A stretch of 64,000 nt of DNA from an uncultured Gemmatimonadales bacterium (GCA_963850905.1 CAWKMU010000003.1:2592001-2656000); one strand, 5' to 3'; shown: positions 19,737-29,344, counted from the stretch's first letter. Program-made: numbers and translations. Notes: generated from the sequence alone by a model not told the origin.

Positions 19737-20127
19737 GAACCACGACTACGCCGCTAATGTTGTGGATCAGGCAATGATAGGTGAACGTGCCAGCGGTCGT
19801 AAACGTCCGCGAGATGTTGGTGTTCGAGGAGGCCGGGATGCTGTCCGGCGCATTGGCGACAGCGTCGAAGTGCACGTTGTGCGTCACGCTCCCAAATTGG
19901 TAGGTCACCGCCGTCCCGGCGGCGACGCTATCTGGCGTCGGGCTGAAGTAGTAATTCCCACCAGACCCGTAGGCGCCGCCGGTCGTTGTCGAGCTGGCAA
20001 TGATCGTGCTGCTCGCGCCGCCCATCGTGCCACCCGTTGGCGCGGTGCTGCTGCTGCTGCAGGCAACGCCGTTTGCAAGGAGCACGAGTGCCGGTACGAC
20101 CCAAGTCCGCTGTGAGCGCATCGTCAT
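19732..20127 (-). CDS. Cupredoxin (plastocyanin/azurin-like) lipoprotein
   Basis: VAC lipobox-like site, F.P...V.AGT.V, HNV, AGTFTYHCLIH. Confidence 0.85.
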   Translation of the reverse strand: MTMRSQRTWVVPALVLLANGVACSSSSTAPTGGTMGGASSTIIASSTTTGGAYGSGGNYYFSPTPDSVAAGTAVTYQFGSVTHNVHFDAVANAPDSIPASSNTNISRTFTTAGTFTYHCLIHNISGVVVVH

Positions 20128-20428
20128 CACTCCCCCTGGATAGTGTCGTGCATTTGAGCCGTGATCTGCAGGTCGCCAAGGCGCGCGTCGCGGTCTCGTG
20201 TCTCGGCCTCCATTGAGCGGGCAAGCCAACGAAATCCTGTCGGGTGTGGGACGAACGCCCGATATGCTGGGGTGAAGGGAAGGGTGGTGAGGGTGAGAGG
20301 AGACTGGGCGTCGGATGAGTCTGCCACTCACTATCCTGGCGAAAGGGATGCTCGCCATCCGGGGTTACTCTCTCTGAGTCGTGACCGGACGGTACTGCAG
20401 AAGCCGCCGTGCCTCGATAAAGACTCCC

Positions 20429-21349
20429 TCACGGAACCGCGGCGTGAGCCGTTTCGGTCGCATACGACCCGTGCTCGAGATCTTCGAGAATCGTCGGTCG
20501 GCTGGGCCGCCAACCGAGACGCGAGCGCGCATGCTCCGAACTCAGTCGCTGGTCCAAAACCAGGGCGTCAGCCAGCGGACCCAGAGTGGCGCGCGCCTCC
20601 TCGTAGGGCCAACTGACCGTGCGCCCGTTCAAGCCAGCGCCGAAACTTGCTGCCTTCGCCATATCTCGGACTCGATAGGCCGTCGCATCCGCGCCGTTGA
20701 AGACCTCGCCCGCTTCGGCGTCGGCGAACGCCAACGCGAAGAGATCCCCAAGGTCATCGACGTGTACCACAGGCCAATGATTCTCGCCCGTCCCGACGAA
20801 GCGCACCGCGCCGAGTTGGTGCGCGGAATTGAAGAACAGCGAAGGCAGACCTGCGCCGTGACCGTACGCATCTCCTGGGCGGATGACCACTCCTCGGACG
20901 CCCTGCTCGCTGGCGGTCCGCACGATGTGCTCGAGCGCCGGACGCGTGACGACAATGTCCGGCGGATTGGGCGGTGCCGATTCGTCAACTGCGCGACCTT
21001 GCGTCGAGCCGTAGTACCATGCACCGCTCGTGAAGACGAGCGGGCGCTGCGATCCGGCGAACGCGCCGATGAGAGCCTCGAGCGCTCCACGCTCGACGGC
21101 GAATGGGTCCTCCTTCGGAGTTCCTCGAAACGCTACGGCGTAGATCGCGCCATCGGTCCCCGCGGCGGCCGCTTTGAGCGCAGCCGGGTCTCGAATATCC
21201 GCCTTCACCGCGCGGTCGCCGCGGGCCTCGAGCGTCGCGACCACCTTCGCGTCTTGCACAGTGCCGATGACTTCGTACCCCTTGGCCCGCAGTGCTCGAC
21301 TTACCCCACTGCCGACGTAGCCAGCCGCTCCGATCACAAGGGCTTTCAT
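20429..21349 (-). CDS. NAD-dependent epimerase/dehydratase (extended SDR)
   Basis: MKALVIGAAGYVG, FTSG, VHVDDL, LGWRP. Confidence 0.9.
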   Translation of the reverse strand: MKALVIGAAGYVGSGVSRALRAKGYEVIGTVQDAKVVATLEARGDRAVKADIRDPAALKAAAAGTDGAIYAVAFRGTPKEDPFAVERGALEALIGAFAGSQRPLVFTSGAWYYGSTQGRAVDESAPPNPPDIVVTRPALEHIVRTASEQGVRGVVIRPGDAYGHGAGLPSLFFNSAHQLGAVRFVGTGENHWPVVHVDDLGDLFALAFADAEAGEVFNGADATAYRVRDMAKAASFGAGLNGRTVSWPYEEARATLGPLADALVLDQRLSSEHARSRLGWRPSRPTILEDLEHGSYATETAHAAVP

Positions 21350-21679
21350 GGATGATCCTCCGTCTGGTGCTGTGCGGTTCGCTGCCGGATAGCCCGAGCT
21401 GAGGGGCTTCTGTGGGATGGTCTCTGGTGGGCGGATGACGACCCGGCTCGGGACTTTAGTGCGACCAGAAGCGCTTGTCCCTGCAAGTAGCGGGCGCCCG
21501 CGATGCACGAGCCCGTCTTCGCGCGCACTGCAACCGTACCGTTCGTGCGACCTCAGCCGAATCGCCCTAGGTCGACGTAAGGGCCACCACGCGGTGTCGG
21601 CCGTGGCTCGCCATTCGCGTCCTGAGGCTCGGACAGGACAATGAGCACCGCGAACGCACCAGGCGCCGGAGGATCAACA

Positions 21680-21946
21680 ATGTCGAGTCATCGCCATCTC
21701 TCAGCAGTCAACCAGCACACGCTGCACCAGATCTTTCAGCACGGCACGCCGGCACTCGAATGGGCCGACTTACTCCACTTGGTCGAAGAGGTTGGCCATG
21801 TCTCCCCCAAAGGCAATGGCAGGTACCAATTGGTGGTCAATGACGTGCACCATGAACTCACTCGGCCACATCACGACCGGATCAGTGACCCCGCCGATCT
21901 CACCTCGATCCGCACGCTCTTTGAACGGGGACGCATCACACCGTGA
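21680..21946 (+). CDS. HicA-like toxin family protein (orphan)
   Basis: TL.QIF.H....LEW.D...L...G.V...GNGR....N......RPH...IR..FE...ITP pattern; SD GGAGGA. Confidence 0.6.
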   Translation: MSSHRHLSAVNQHTLHQIFQHGTPALEWADLLHLVEEVGHVSPKGNGRYQLVVNDVHHELTRPHHDRISDPADLTSIRTLFERGRITP

Positions 21947-22015
21947 CTTTCTCGGTGAATCAGGTCCTTCACCGCAGGCATCGTCTCTAGCGGCGTACCC
22001 GACTCCGGCGCGTCG

Positions 22016-24577
22016 TCACTGGCCACGCAGGGCGCGGACGGCGTCGACCGTTGCCGCGCGGCGGGCAGGCATGTACGCCGCAAGGCCCGCGACCGCGATC
22101 AAGACTGTCACACCAGCCACGAGGGTCACCGGATCGAGCGGGGATACCCGGTACAGGAGCGCGCTGATCGAGCGCCCGAGCAGCGCCGCGGCAGCGATGC
22201 CGAGGACCGATCCGATGGCCGCGAGTCCAACCGCCTCGCCGAGGATCAACCGGAGGATCCCGCGAGAAGACGCGCCGAGCGCCAGGCGAATGCTGACTTC
22301 TTTGGTGCGGGCACGGGCGAGGTGGCTCATGACGCCGAAGATGCCGACGGCCGCGAGCGCGAGGGCAATGCTCGCAAAGGCGCCAAGCACGGCGAGCAGC
22401 ACGCGCGGCGCGCGCGTCAATGCAGCGAGCAGCTCATCGAGCGTCGCCGCGGACGCGATTGGCTCCGCCGCATTGACCGCGCCGATCTCGTGCCGTACGG
22501 GAGTCAGCAGCGTCCGGGGCAATGCGGCGGCGCGCATGACGAACACCACGCCGCCGGTCGGATTCTGTGCGTACGGGATGTAGAGCTCCGGGGCGGGGGG
22601 TTGGTCGAGCTCCTGGTCATGGACGTCGCCAACGACGCCAACGATCTCATGCTCCGCCGGATCGCTGGCGAACCTGACCGTGAGTCGCTGACCGACCGGA
22701 TCGGCGGTACCCCAGTAGTCGCGCGCGAATGCCGCGCTCACGATGGCGACGCGCGGGTGCGTGGCATCGTCCGTCGGGAGGAACGTCCGTCCGGCGCGCA
22801 GCGGAATGCCCATCGCGGCCATATACCCCGGCGTGACCGCGGCCGCATGCACCGTCGGCCAGACCTGCGCCGACCCGAGCGGACGTCCGCGGATCTCGAA
22901 GGAGGCCTGCGCCGGCCCAATGACGCCGCCGAATGGCAGGGCCGTCGTCAGTCCAGCGCGCCGGACACCCGGGATCGTCGAGAGCCGATCCTCCACCGTG
23001 CGCACAAAAGTCGCGCGGGCGCTGTCCGTCCGATACAAGGCCTCGGTCTGTAGCGTCACCGTCATCACGTTCGCCGGGTCGAAGCCAGGCGCGACCCGAA
23101 GCAGCCCTCGGACACTCTTCACGAAGAGGCCCGCGCCCACGACCAGCAGGAGGGCCAGCGCGACCTCGCTCACCACCAACGTCTGCTGCACTCGCCGGCC
23201 CTTGCGAGGACCGCGCGTGGGCGTCAACGCCAATGCGAGCGCGATGACTGCAGCGAAGAGCGCGCCGGGCGCAACGCGTAGCTCGTCGATGCGCGGGAGA
23301 AATCCAGCACCGAGCGCGCGCGCGCCGCGCATCGCCAGGACGGTGAGGCCGACGCTGACGGCCCACCCCACAGCGGCGAGCAGCGCATTCTCGGCCAGCA
23401 GCTGGCGCACGACGCGCCAGCGGCCAGCGCCCAGGGCAACGCGAATCGACAGCTCCGGCTCCCGCTCGACCGCGCGCGACAAGAGCAGCATCGTGAGGTT
23501 CGCGGCGGTCAGGAGCAACAGCAGCCCGACGGACGCAAACAGGAGCAACAGGCGTGCACGAACGTGGTCGACCAGATCCTCGCGCAGCGGTACGAGCGCA
23601 ACGCCAACCCCGCGGTCGGCGGCCGGATACTCCTCCCCGAGGCTTCGAGCTATCTGGTGCATTTCGCCGCGCGCCTGCTCGAGCGACACGCCCGGCCGGA
23701 GGCGGCCGATGGCGACGAAATACGCTTCGTTGCGGAGCAGCAGCTCGTCCGGCTGAGGGATTTTGGGGACCCAGATCCCTGGGCCCGGCGGGAATCGAAC
23801 ACCCGGGCCCATGACGCCGATCACCTGCGCTGGCTGGCCGTTGAGGACGAGCGTGCGGCCCACCAGCGTGGAATCCGCGTTGAACCGCGTCCGCCACAGG
23901 TCGTAATCGAGCACGACGACCCCGTCACGGCCGGGCCGATATTCGTCAGGCGCGAACGTTCGGCCTAGCATGGCCGGCGCGCGCAACGTCTCGAAAAACC
24001 CTTGTGTGACACGCCACGCGTGGAAGCGCTCGGGCCCCTCGGGTGCCGTGTACCGGACGCCGTATGGTTCGGCTGCCGCGAGTGCGACGAACGACCGCGA
24101 CCGATCGCGCCAGTCGAGAAGATTCGGCAATGAGACCGCGCCGCGCTCTTCGCCGTGCGTCGGATCGGTCTGGTAGATCGTCACCACGCGGTCGGCGTCG
24201 GCGTAGGGCAGCGGAGCCCACAGCACACCGTATACGACCGCAAAGATGGTCGTCGCGCTCGTGAGGCCAATGACGAGCGTCAGGACCACGACCGTCGCGA
24301 AGCCAGGCCGGCGCCGCAGCGCGCGAGCGGCAAAGCTCAGGTCCCGGCGCAAATCTTCAATCGGCTCGACACCGCGGATCCCGCGGAGCGCGTCCTTCAC
24401 GGCCGCGATGCGGCCGAATCGGCGCCGCGCCGTCGTCGCCGCGGTCGCGTCGTCTAGCCCCTGACGCGCGAGATCCTCTGCCTCGAGCGTGAGGTGCAGC
24501 CCGATCTCGTCATCCAGATCCCGCTCGGCTGCCGGCCGTCGGAAAACAGCGCGAAGCTTTCGCAGCATGCTCATCAC
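22016..24577 (-). CDS. ADOP-type duplicated ABC permease (MacB/FtsX)
   Basis: LDDEI..HL, DL.FAAR.LRRRPGF, two FtsX domains with IR.ALGA. Confidence 0.92.
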   Translation of the reverse strand: MMSMLRKLRAVFRRPAAERDLDDEIGLHLTLEAEDLARQGLDDATAATTARRRFGRIAAVKDALRGIRGVEPIEDLRRDLSFAARALRRRPGFATVVVLTLVIGLTSATTIFAVVYGVLWAPLPYADADRVVTIYQTDPTHGEERGAVSLPNLLDWRDRSRSFVALAAAEPYGVRYTAPEGPERFHAWRVTQGFFETLRAPAMLGRTFAPDEYRPGRDGVVVLDYDLWRTRFNADSTLVGRTLVLNGQPAQVIGVMGPGVRFPPGPGIWVPKIPQPDELLLRNEAYFVAIGRLRPGVSLEQARGEMHQIARSLGEEYPAADRGVGVALVPLREDLVDHVRARLLLLFASVGLLLLLTAANLTMLLLSRAVEREPELSIRVALGAGRWRVVRQLLAENALLAAVGWAVSVGLTVLAMRGARALGAGFLPRIDELRVAPGALFAAVIALALALTPTRGPRKGRRVQQTLVVSEVALALLLVVGAGLFVKSVRGLLRVAPGFDPANVMTVTLQTEALYRTDSARATFVRTVEDRLSTIPGVRRAGLTTALPFGGVIGPAQASFEIRGRPLGSAQVWPTVHAAAVTPGYMAAMGIPLRAGRTFLPTDDATHPRVAIVSAAFARDYWGTADPVGQRLTVRFASDPAEHEIVGVVGDVHDQELDQPPAPELYIPYAQNPTGGVVFVMRAAALPRTLLTPVRHEIGAVNAAEPIASAATLDELLAALTRAPRVLLAVLGAFASIALALAAVGIFGVMSHLARARTKEVSIRLALGASSRGILRLILGEAVGLAAIGSVLGIAAAALLGRSISALLYRVSPLDPVTLVAGVTVLIAVAGLAAYMPARRAATVDAVRALRGQ

Positions 24578-24900
24578 GCTGGTCGTAGTACCTGCGTCAC
24601 CGCCGCGACGAACGCAAGCCAGCCGCGCTCCTCGCGCGCCAGTGCGCGAGCGCCGTGCGTGGTCAGTTCATATACCTTGGCGCGCCGCCCCGTCTCCGCA
24701 ACCGTCCACTCCGCCGCGAGCCAGCCTTCGTTCTCCAGGCGGTGCAGGGCCGGGTACAACGATCCCTGATTCACCTGGAACACATCACCCGAGCGCTCGC
24801 GAATGCGCCGCGAGATCGCCCATCCATGTAACGGGCCGTCCGTCAGCGTGCGTAGAATGAGGAGGTCGAGGGTTCCCTGGAGGCGATCGTCCGGGCTCAC
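24574..24900 (-). CDS. PadR family transcriptional regulator
   Basis: LQGTLDLLIL..L..GPLHGW.I, GSLYPALHRLE, RRAKVY.LT. Confidence 0.92.
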   Translation of the reverse strand: MSPDDRLQGTLDLLILRTLTDGPLHGWAISRRIRERSGDVFQVNQGSLYPALHRLENEGWLAAEWTVAETGRRAKVYELTTHGARALAREERGWLAFVAAVTQVLRPA

Positions 24901-24907
24901 CTTGGCT

Positions 24908-24936
24908 ATTATTGTCGGCAGCCGACAACAAGTCAA
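24908..24936 (-). promoter_or_regulatory. Putative leaderless padR promoter with palindromic operator in the spacer
   Basis: Minus strand TTGACT-N17-AATAAT-7nt-GTG; palindrome TTGTCGGC-A-GCCGACAA at 24912-24928. Confidence 0.65.
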
Positions 24937-25442
24937 TGGACCCTCTCCTCTCCTTCTACCGCCGCCAGTCGACCGACGATCGCGGACGCACGCTCGATCA
25001 GGTTCGGGCGCTCGACGTGCGTGAGCTGGAGCGCGTCCACGACTACATCCAGTGGCTCTTCCCGTTGCCCGAACCGAGTGGCGCGAATCCAATGGCTCCG
25101 ACACTCACGCCAGAGGCGATCGCGGCCTTCCGCAGCGATGCAACGCTCCAGCGGGAGCTTCTGGCATCGTTTGCGCTCATGCTGACTTTTTACGGCTTCC
25201 GCGTGGCGCACGGCACGACGCGCATCGAGCGCGCGCCGAATGCCAGCAACCGCATCGCGGAGTGGCTCCGACCCGGCAACCATAACTTTCTGCGCCTGAC
25301 TCGAATCATGCGCTCGCTCAACGTGCTCGGTCTCGCCGAGTACGCGCGGTCATTCCTGGGCCAGCTTGAGCAGCTGTACAGCGAGCACCCGCAAATCGTC
25401 GGCGACCGAACGATCGGCTATTGGCGCCGCGCCGCCGGCTAA
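24936..25442 (+). CDS. Opioid growth factor receptor (OGFr_N)-related protein
   Basis: LE..HDYIQWLFPL, M..FYG, NHNFLRLTRI.RSL. Confidence 0.88.
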   Translation: MDPLLSFYRRQSTDDRGRTLDQVRALDVRELERVHDYIQWLFPLPEPSGANPMAPTLTPEAIAAFRSDATLQRELLASFALMLTFYGFRVAHGTTRIERAPNASNRIAEWLRPGNHNFLRLTRIMRSLNVLGLAEYARSFLGQLEQLYSEHPQIVGDRTIGYWRRAAG

Positions 25443-25573
25443 AGCGGCACACCCGACGTATAGGCGACATCTATCAGCCTGGTCGAAACAAAGTATTGGA
25501 GTAACAATCGGAGCCCGAATAGCATGTGTCAGATCACCCGCCGCACCTGTCCGCCGACATGCAGGGAGGCACC

Positions 25574-26062
25574 ATGACTACTTGGGATCTCAGGCGACCG
25601 ATCGTCCGCGCGATGGCATGCGCGGTGGTCGGTATGCTCAGCCTTTCGGCAATCGTGATAGCACAGACTCCGTCAGGGGTGCGCTGTGCTGATGGGGCCG
25701 TCGTTACCACAGTTGCGATCTGCAACCAGTTGCACCATGGCGTCGCGAAAGTCGATGCACGCATGATGCCGTATGGGGGCGGCGCTCAGACTTCAACGCC
25801 GCCCGACACGAGTAAGCACACGGGTTCGATGGAGATCAACGGCTTCAGCCAGGGGGTGGGGCGACAGCTAAACGCGACGACCTCGCCTACGCCGTCCAGC
25901 ATCGGTGGGATACCAGCGGGAAGCACCGTGCCGCTGGTGAAGCCGCCCAGCGGCAACTCCGGCGGGATGCCTGCGCCGACGGGGCAGGTGTCTCTGCCGC
26001 CCGGAGTCGTCATACCGCCGCCCGACACCACGACGAAGCAACCCAAGGGCAAGAGTCCGTAG
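25574..26062 (+). CDS. Secreted Pro/Thr-rich hypothetical protein with a short Hcp-N-like motif
   Basis: SD GGAGG, signal peptide, Cys pair, SKHTGSMEINGFSQGVG. Confidence 0.6.
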   Translation: MTTWDLRRPIVRAMACAVVGMLSLSAIVIAQTPSGVRCADGAVVTTVAICNQLHHGVAKVDARMMPYGGGAQTSTPPDTSKHTGSMEINGFSQGVGRQLNATTSPTPSSIGGIPAGSTVPLVKPPSGNSGGMPAPTGQVSLPPGVVIPPPDTTTKQPKGKSP

Positions 26063-26276
26063 CCGAGACAGAGAGCGGCGCCGGCAGCCGTTCGGGTCCC
26101 GCGTTCAGCGCGGGACCTGTTGGCGTTCAGGTGAACTGCCGATCACCCCGGTGGACGAGCCGTTCCTGATCGCTCCCTCCTTCACCAGTATTACGGGCAA
26201 CCCGTGTCAACGCCGGCTTGACGGATACGCCGAGGGTCGAGCCGCGTCCCTCATCCAACCCGCGTCGGGAGCTGCA

Positions 26277-26813
26277 ATGCGATCTGCCAGCCTTGGTGTC
26301 CTCACAGCATTCGGCGGTTTCACGTTGGTCGCGCTGCACGGGCCCGTCGGCAGTACCGGCCCGATCGCGCTCAGCCAGCACGCGTCCGTGAGCCAGTCGA
26401 TCGCGGAGACCCAGATCACGATCGAGTACAACCGCCCCGTCGCCCGCGGTCGTGTCCTGTTCGGTGGCGTCGTCCCCTGGGGCAAGACGTGGTGTCCTGG
26501 AGCGGATACCGCGACACGGCTCACTGTGAGTCGACCGATTCAGGTCAACGGCGCGACGCTTCCAGCTGGCAGCTACAGCATCTGGGCGATCCCCGACACC
26601 GTCCGGTGGACCGTGATCTTCAGCCGCGCGGCCCATGTCTTTCACATTCCGTATCCCGAGGGACAGGATGCCCTCAGGGTCACGGCCGCCCCTCGCGCCG
26701 CGCCCCACATGGAGACACTCGCCTTCTACTTCCCCGTGGTCGATTCCACGCGCGCCGAGTTGGTACTCCACTGGGGGGAGACAGAAGTGCCCCTGGCGAT
26801 CGTGGCGCCCTAG
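26277..26813 (+). CDS. DUF2911 domain protein
   Basis: SQ.A.VSQ.I..T.I.I.Y.RP..RGR..FG.VVP.G..W..GA..AT. Confidence 0.88.
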   Translation: MRSASLGVLTAFGGFTLVALHGPVGSTGPIALSQHASVSQSIAETQITIEYNRPVARGRVLFGGVVPWGKTWCPGADTATRLTVSRPIQVNGATLPAGSYSIWAIPDTVRWTVIFSRAAHVFHIPYPEGQDALRVTAAPRAAPHMETLAFYFPVVDSTRAELVLHWGETEVPLAIVAP

Positions 26814-26830
26814 GGCCGGCTCGAAGCCAA

Positions 26831-27346
26831 ATGATCCGGATGCGATCATGCTTGCTCGCCGTCGCGCTCGCCACGGTGATCCTTGTTGGGTGCGCCAAGC
26901 ACCCGCCGTCGCCTTCGCCGCTCCACGCCACACCCATGGTCGTAGCCATGTTGCCGGGCGATGCCAGCGAGCGATTGGCGAGGTCGACGACCATGACCAA
27001 ACCGCTTCGCGGAGTGATTCGCAACGCCACCGCGTGGAGTGTCTTCTGGGCGCGAGCCGCGCAGGAGTCCTCGGCAGCCCCGTTGGAGCTGCCGCAAGTC
27101 GACTTCAGTCGCGAGATGCTGTTAGTCGCCTGTGACGGAAGGCGCCCCAACGGATATCGAATCGAGATTCCGGGGGCCGCGCTCCGCAACGACACGCTGT
27201 TTGTATTGGTGCGCGGCCACGAGGAGGCCGCGGCAACACCCGCCGCAGCTTACTCCCCGATCGCTGTGGTACGAGTGCAACGGACCAATGGACCCGTCGT
27301 GTTCCGGCTCGATGAGCCGACGAGGGTCACGCGACCGGCGAACTGA
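26831..27346 (+). CDS. PrcB C-terminal domain lipoprotein
   Basis: LVGC lipobox; P.VDFSREM.L....G.RP.GY.I.I. Confidence 0.75.
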   Translation: MIRMRSCLLAVALATVILVGCAKHPPSPSPLHATPMVVAMLPGDASERLARSTTMTKPLRGVIRNATAWSVFWARAAQESSAAPLELPQVDFSREMLLVACDGRRPNGYRIEIPGAALRNDTLFVLVRGHEEAAATPAAAYSPIAVVRVQRTNGPVVFRLDEPTRVTRPAN

Positions 27347-27460
27347 GCGGCGAACGCTCGAGACAGCTCCGAGGATCGGCGTGCGCCGGCTTGCGGGAAA
27401 TTCGCACCACACGGAATTTCCAGTCTAGCAGTTCGCCACCCTTTGATTTCGGATGACCTC

Positions 27461-27682
27461 ATGGCAGCTGATGAACCGGTCCGCATCGTTCTAACGCCCG
27501 ATCAACGCGAGGTCGTGCGTCGCCTTTCTGGCCAAAACATTGAGGCCATCGAGCTCACCCCCGACGCCTCCGACAAGAGCGGGGGCGCGTTGCGGCTCCT
27601 GTGGCGGTTATCGGCCGCGACCGGGATCCCGCGGCAGGCATGGTTCAAGTCGGAGTCGCCACCGACACCGAAGTCCGAGTAG
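27461..27682 (+). CDS. Small hypothetical protein upstream of kinase
   Basis: MAADEPVRIVLTPDQREVVRRLSGQNIEAIELT; ends 8 nt before kinase ATG. Confidence 0.6.
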   Translation: MAADEPVRIVLTPDQREVVRRLSGQNIEAIELTPDASDKSGGALRLLWRLSAATGIPRQAWFKSESPPTPKSE

Positions 27683-27690
27683 CGCCTCAA

Positions 27691-28659
27691 ATGTCGACCG
27701 TCCCCAATGCCCGGGTGGCACCGACCGCCTCGACAGCGGAGTCGCCGACGGCCGACGCGAATCAGCTGACTGGGCGCCTCCTCGACGACCGCTACCGAAT
27801 GCTCAGGAAAATCGGCGAGGGAGGCATGTGTGTGGTCTACCTCGCCGAAGACACGACGAGCGGTGAACGCGTAGCGATCAAGGTGCTGCTGCCGACGCTC
27901 ATGGCCGATTCGACTTCCATGGCACGCCTGCGTCGAGAGGCGGCACTGGCCGGGCAACTGGCCCACCCCAACGTGTGCCATATCATCCGCCTGGGCGAGT
28001 CGCCGGACGGTTTCGACTATGCCGTCATGCCGTTCGTGCAAGGCGAACTGTTGTGCGATCGGGTGGCGCGCGCGGGGCACTTGCCGCTGAAAGTCACGGC
28101 TGGATTCGCCCGTGACATTTGCGCCGGGCTGAGTCTCGCGCACAGACTCGGCATCATTCATCGCGACCTCAAGCCCGAGAACATCATGATCGTCGCCGGC
28201 CCCGACCAGGCGGAGCGGGCCGTCGTGATCGACTTCAGCCTCGCGACTGCCGCAGACGTCCAGGCACTCACCACCCCTGGTCTGGTGGTCGGCACGCCGG
28301 AGTTCATGAGCCCAGAACAGCTCCGTGGACAGGAGGTCGACACCCGTTCCGACATCTATTCGCTCGCCTTCATGGTGTACGAGATGCTGACCGGGCGGCT
28401 CCCGTTCGAGGGCAGCACGCAGCAGGAGATCATGATCGCCCGACTGAGAGGGTCGTCGATCCCGATCCGCGCCAGACGTCCCGACCTCGATATCCCAGCG
28501 CCGGTCGAACGGGTGCTCGCTCGCGGGCTGGCGCACGACGCAGACGAGCGCTACGAGACGGTGGAGGCGTTCGGCGCCGCCCTGTCATCGGCGGCGGCCG
28601 GGAAGGATTCCGAAGGCAACACCGTGTTGGGTTGGATCCGCGCCTCGGTAGGTCTGTAG
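27691..28659 (+). CDS. Cytoplasmic Hanks-type Ser/Thr protein kinase
   Basis: GEGGM, VAIK, HRDLKPEN, DFS, GTPEFMSPEQ. Confidence 0.92.
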   Translation: MSTVPNARVAPTASTAESPTADANQLTGRLLDDRYRMLRKIGEGGMCVVYLAEDTTSGERVAIKVLLPTLMADSTSMARLRREAALAGQLAHPNVCHIIRLGESPDGFDYAVMPFVQGELLCDRVARAGHLPLKVTAGFARDICAGLSLAHRLGIIHRDLKPENIMIVAGPDQAERAVVIDFSLATAADVQALTTPGLVVGTPEFMSPEQLRGQEVDTRSDIYSLAFMVYEMLTGRLPFEGSTQQEIMIARLRGSSIPIRARRPDLDIPAPVERVLARGLAHDADERYETVEAFGAALSSAAAGKDSEGNTVLGWIRASVGL

Positions 28660-28907
28660 CAAGCCCTACGGTTGGCCCCCGAGCGGTGAGGGCCGCGGCC
28701 CGCGAACGGTTCCCGAAGACGTTCACCCCGCGATTTCGGTGATTCGCCCCTCGGCGATTGCTCGAAGGCCTCGCCGGCGGCACGCTCCGATTATCACAAC
28801 GAGCGCCCGGCAGTTGGTCTCTCCAATGGAGTCGCCTTCGGATGGGCCGAAGGCGCGGGAGCAGACCTCATTTGGCCTGGTCAGCCCTCAACGCGGGAGA
28901 AGCGAGG

Positions 28908-29099
28908 ATGCCGCAATTCGATTTCGAACTGATCGTCGATGGCGAGGCGGTGCAGCTCATCCGCGTTTTCAAGAAAACGTTCGACGAGGCGCGCATCGCC
29001 GCCGAGGAGAGTGCGGCGGACTACCGCGACTCGACAATGGGCGCATGTGGACCCTATTTGCTGGAGTTTATTAGAGAGATCCCCGTCAGCACTGACTAG
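28908..29099 (+). CDS. Small hypothetical protein
   Basis: MPQFDFELIVDGEAVQ..; purine-rich upstream GGGAGAAGCGAGG. Confidence 0.5.
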   Translation: MPQFDFELIVDGEAVQLIRVFKKTFDEARIAAEESAADYRDSTMGACGPYLLEFIREIPVSTD

Positions 29100-29344
29100 G
29101 AGCGCGACCAACCAGGCCGATCCCCCCGGCCTCAGGTCGCGTGGCAGTCAGGCGCCAATAACTGCCCGAGTCGGGTCGATAGTATTGCCGGACGCGAGGG
29201 CAGTATCTCGCCGGCCAGCCGGACCATCCGCTCCATGCAAACCAGCGGAGCCCTGGGGCTGTCTCACCACCGGTCGCGGGGCTCCGGCTACCTCCAGCGT
29301 GTGCCGAACCCCGAGGAGATTCTCGTCACGCACAGGAGCACAGC

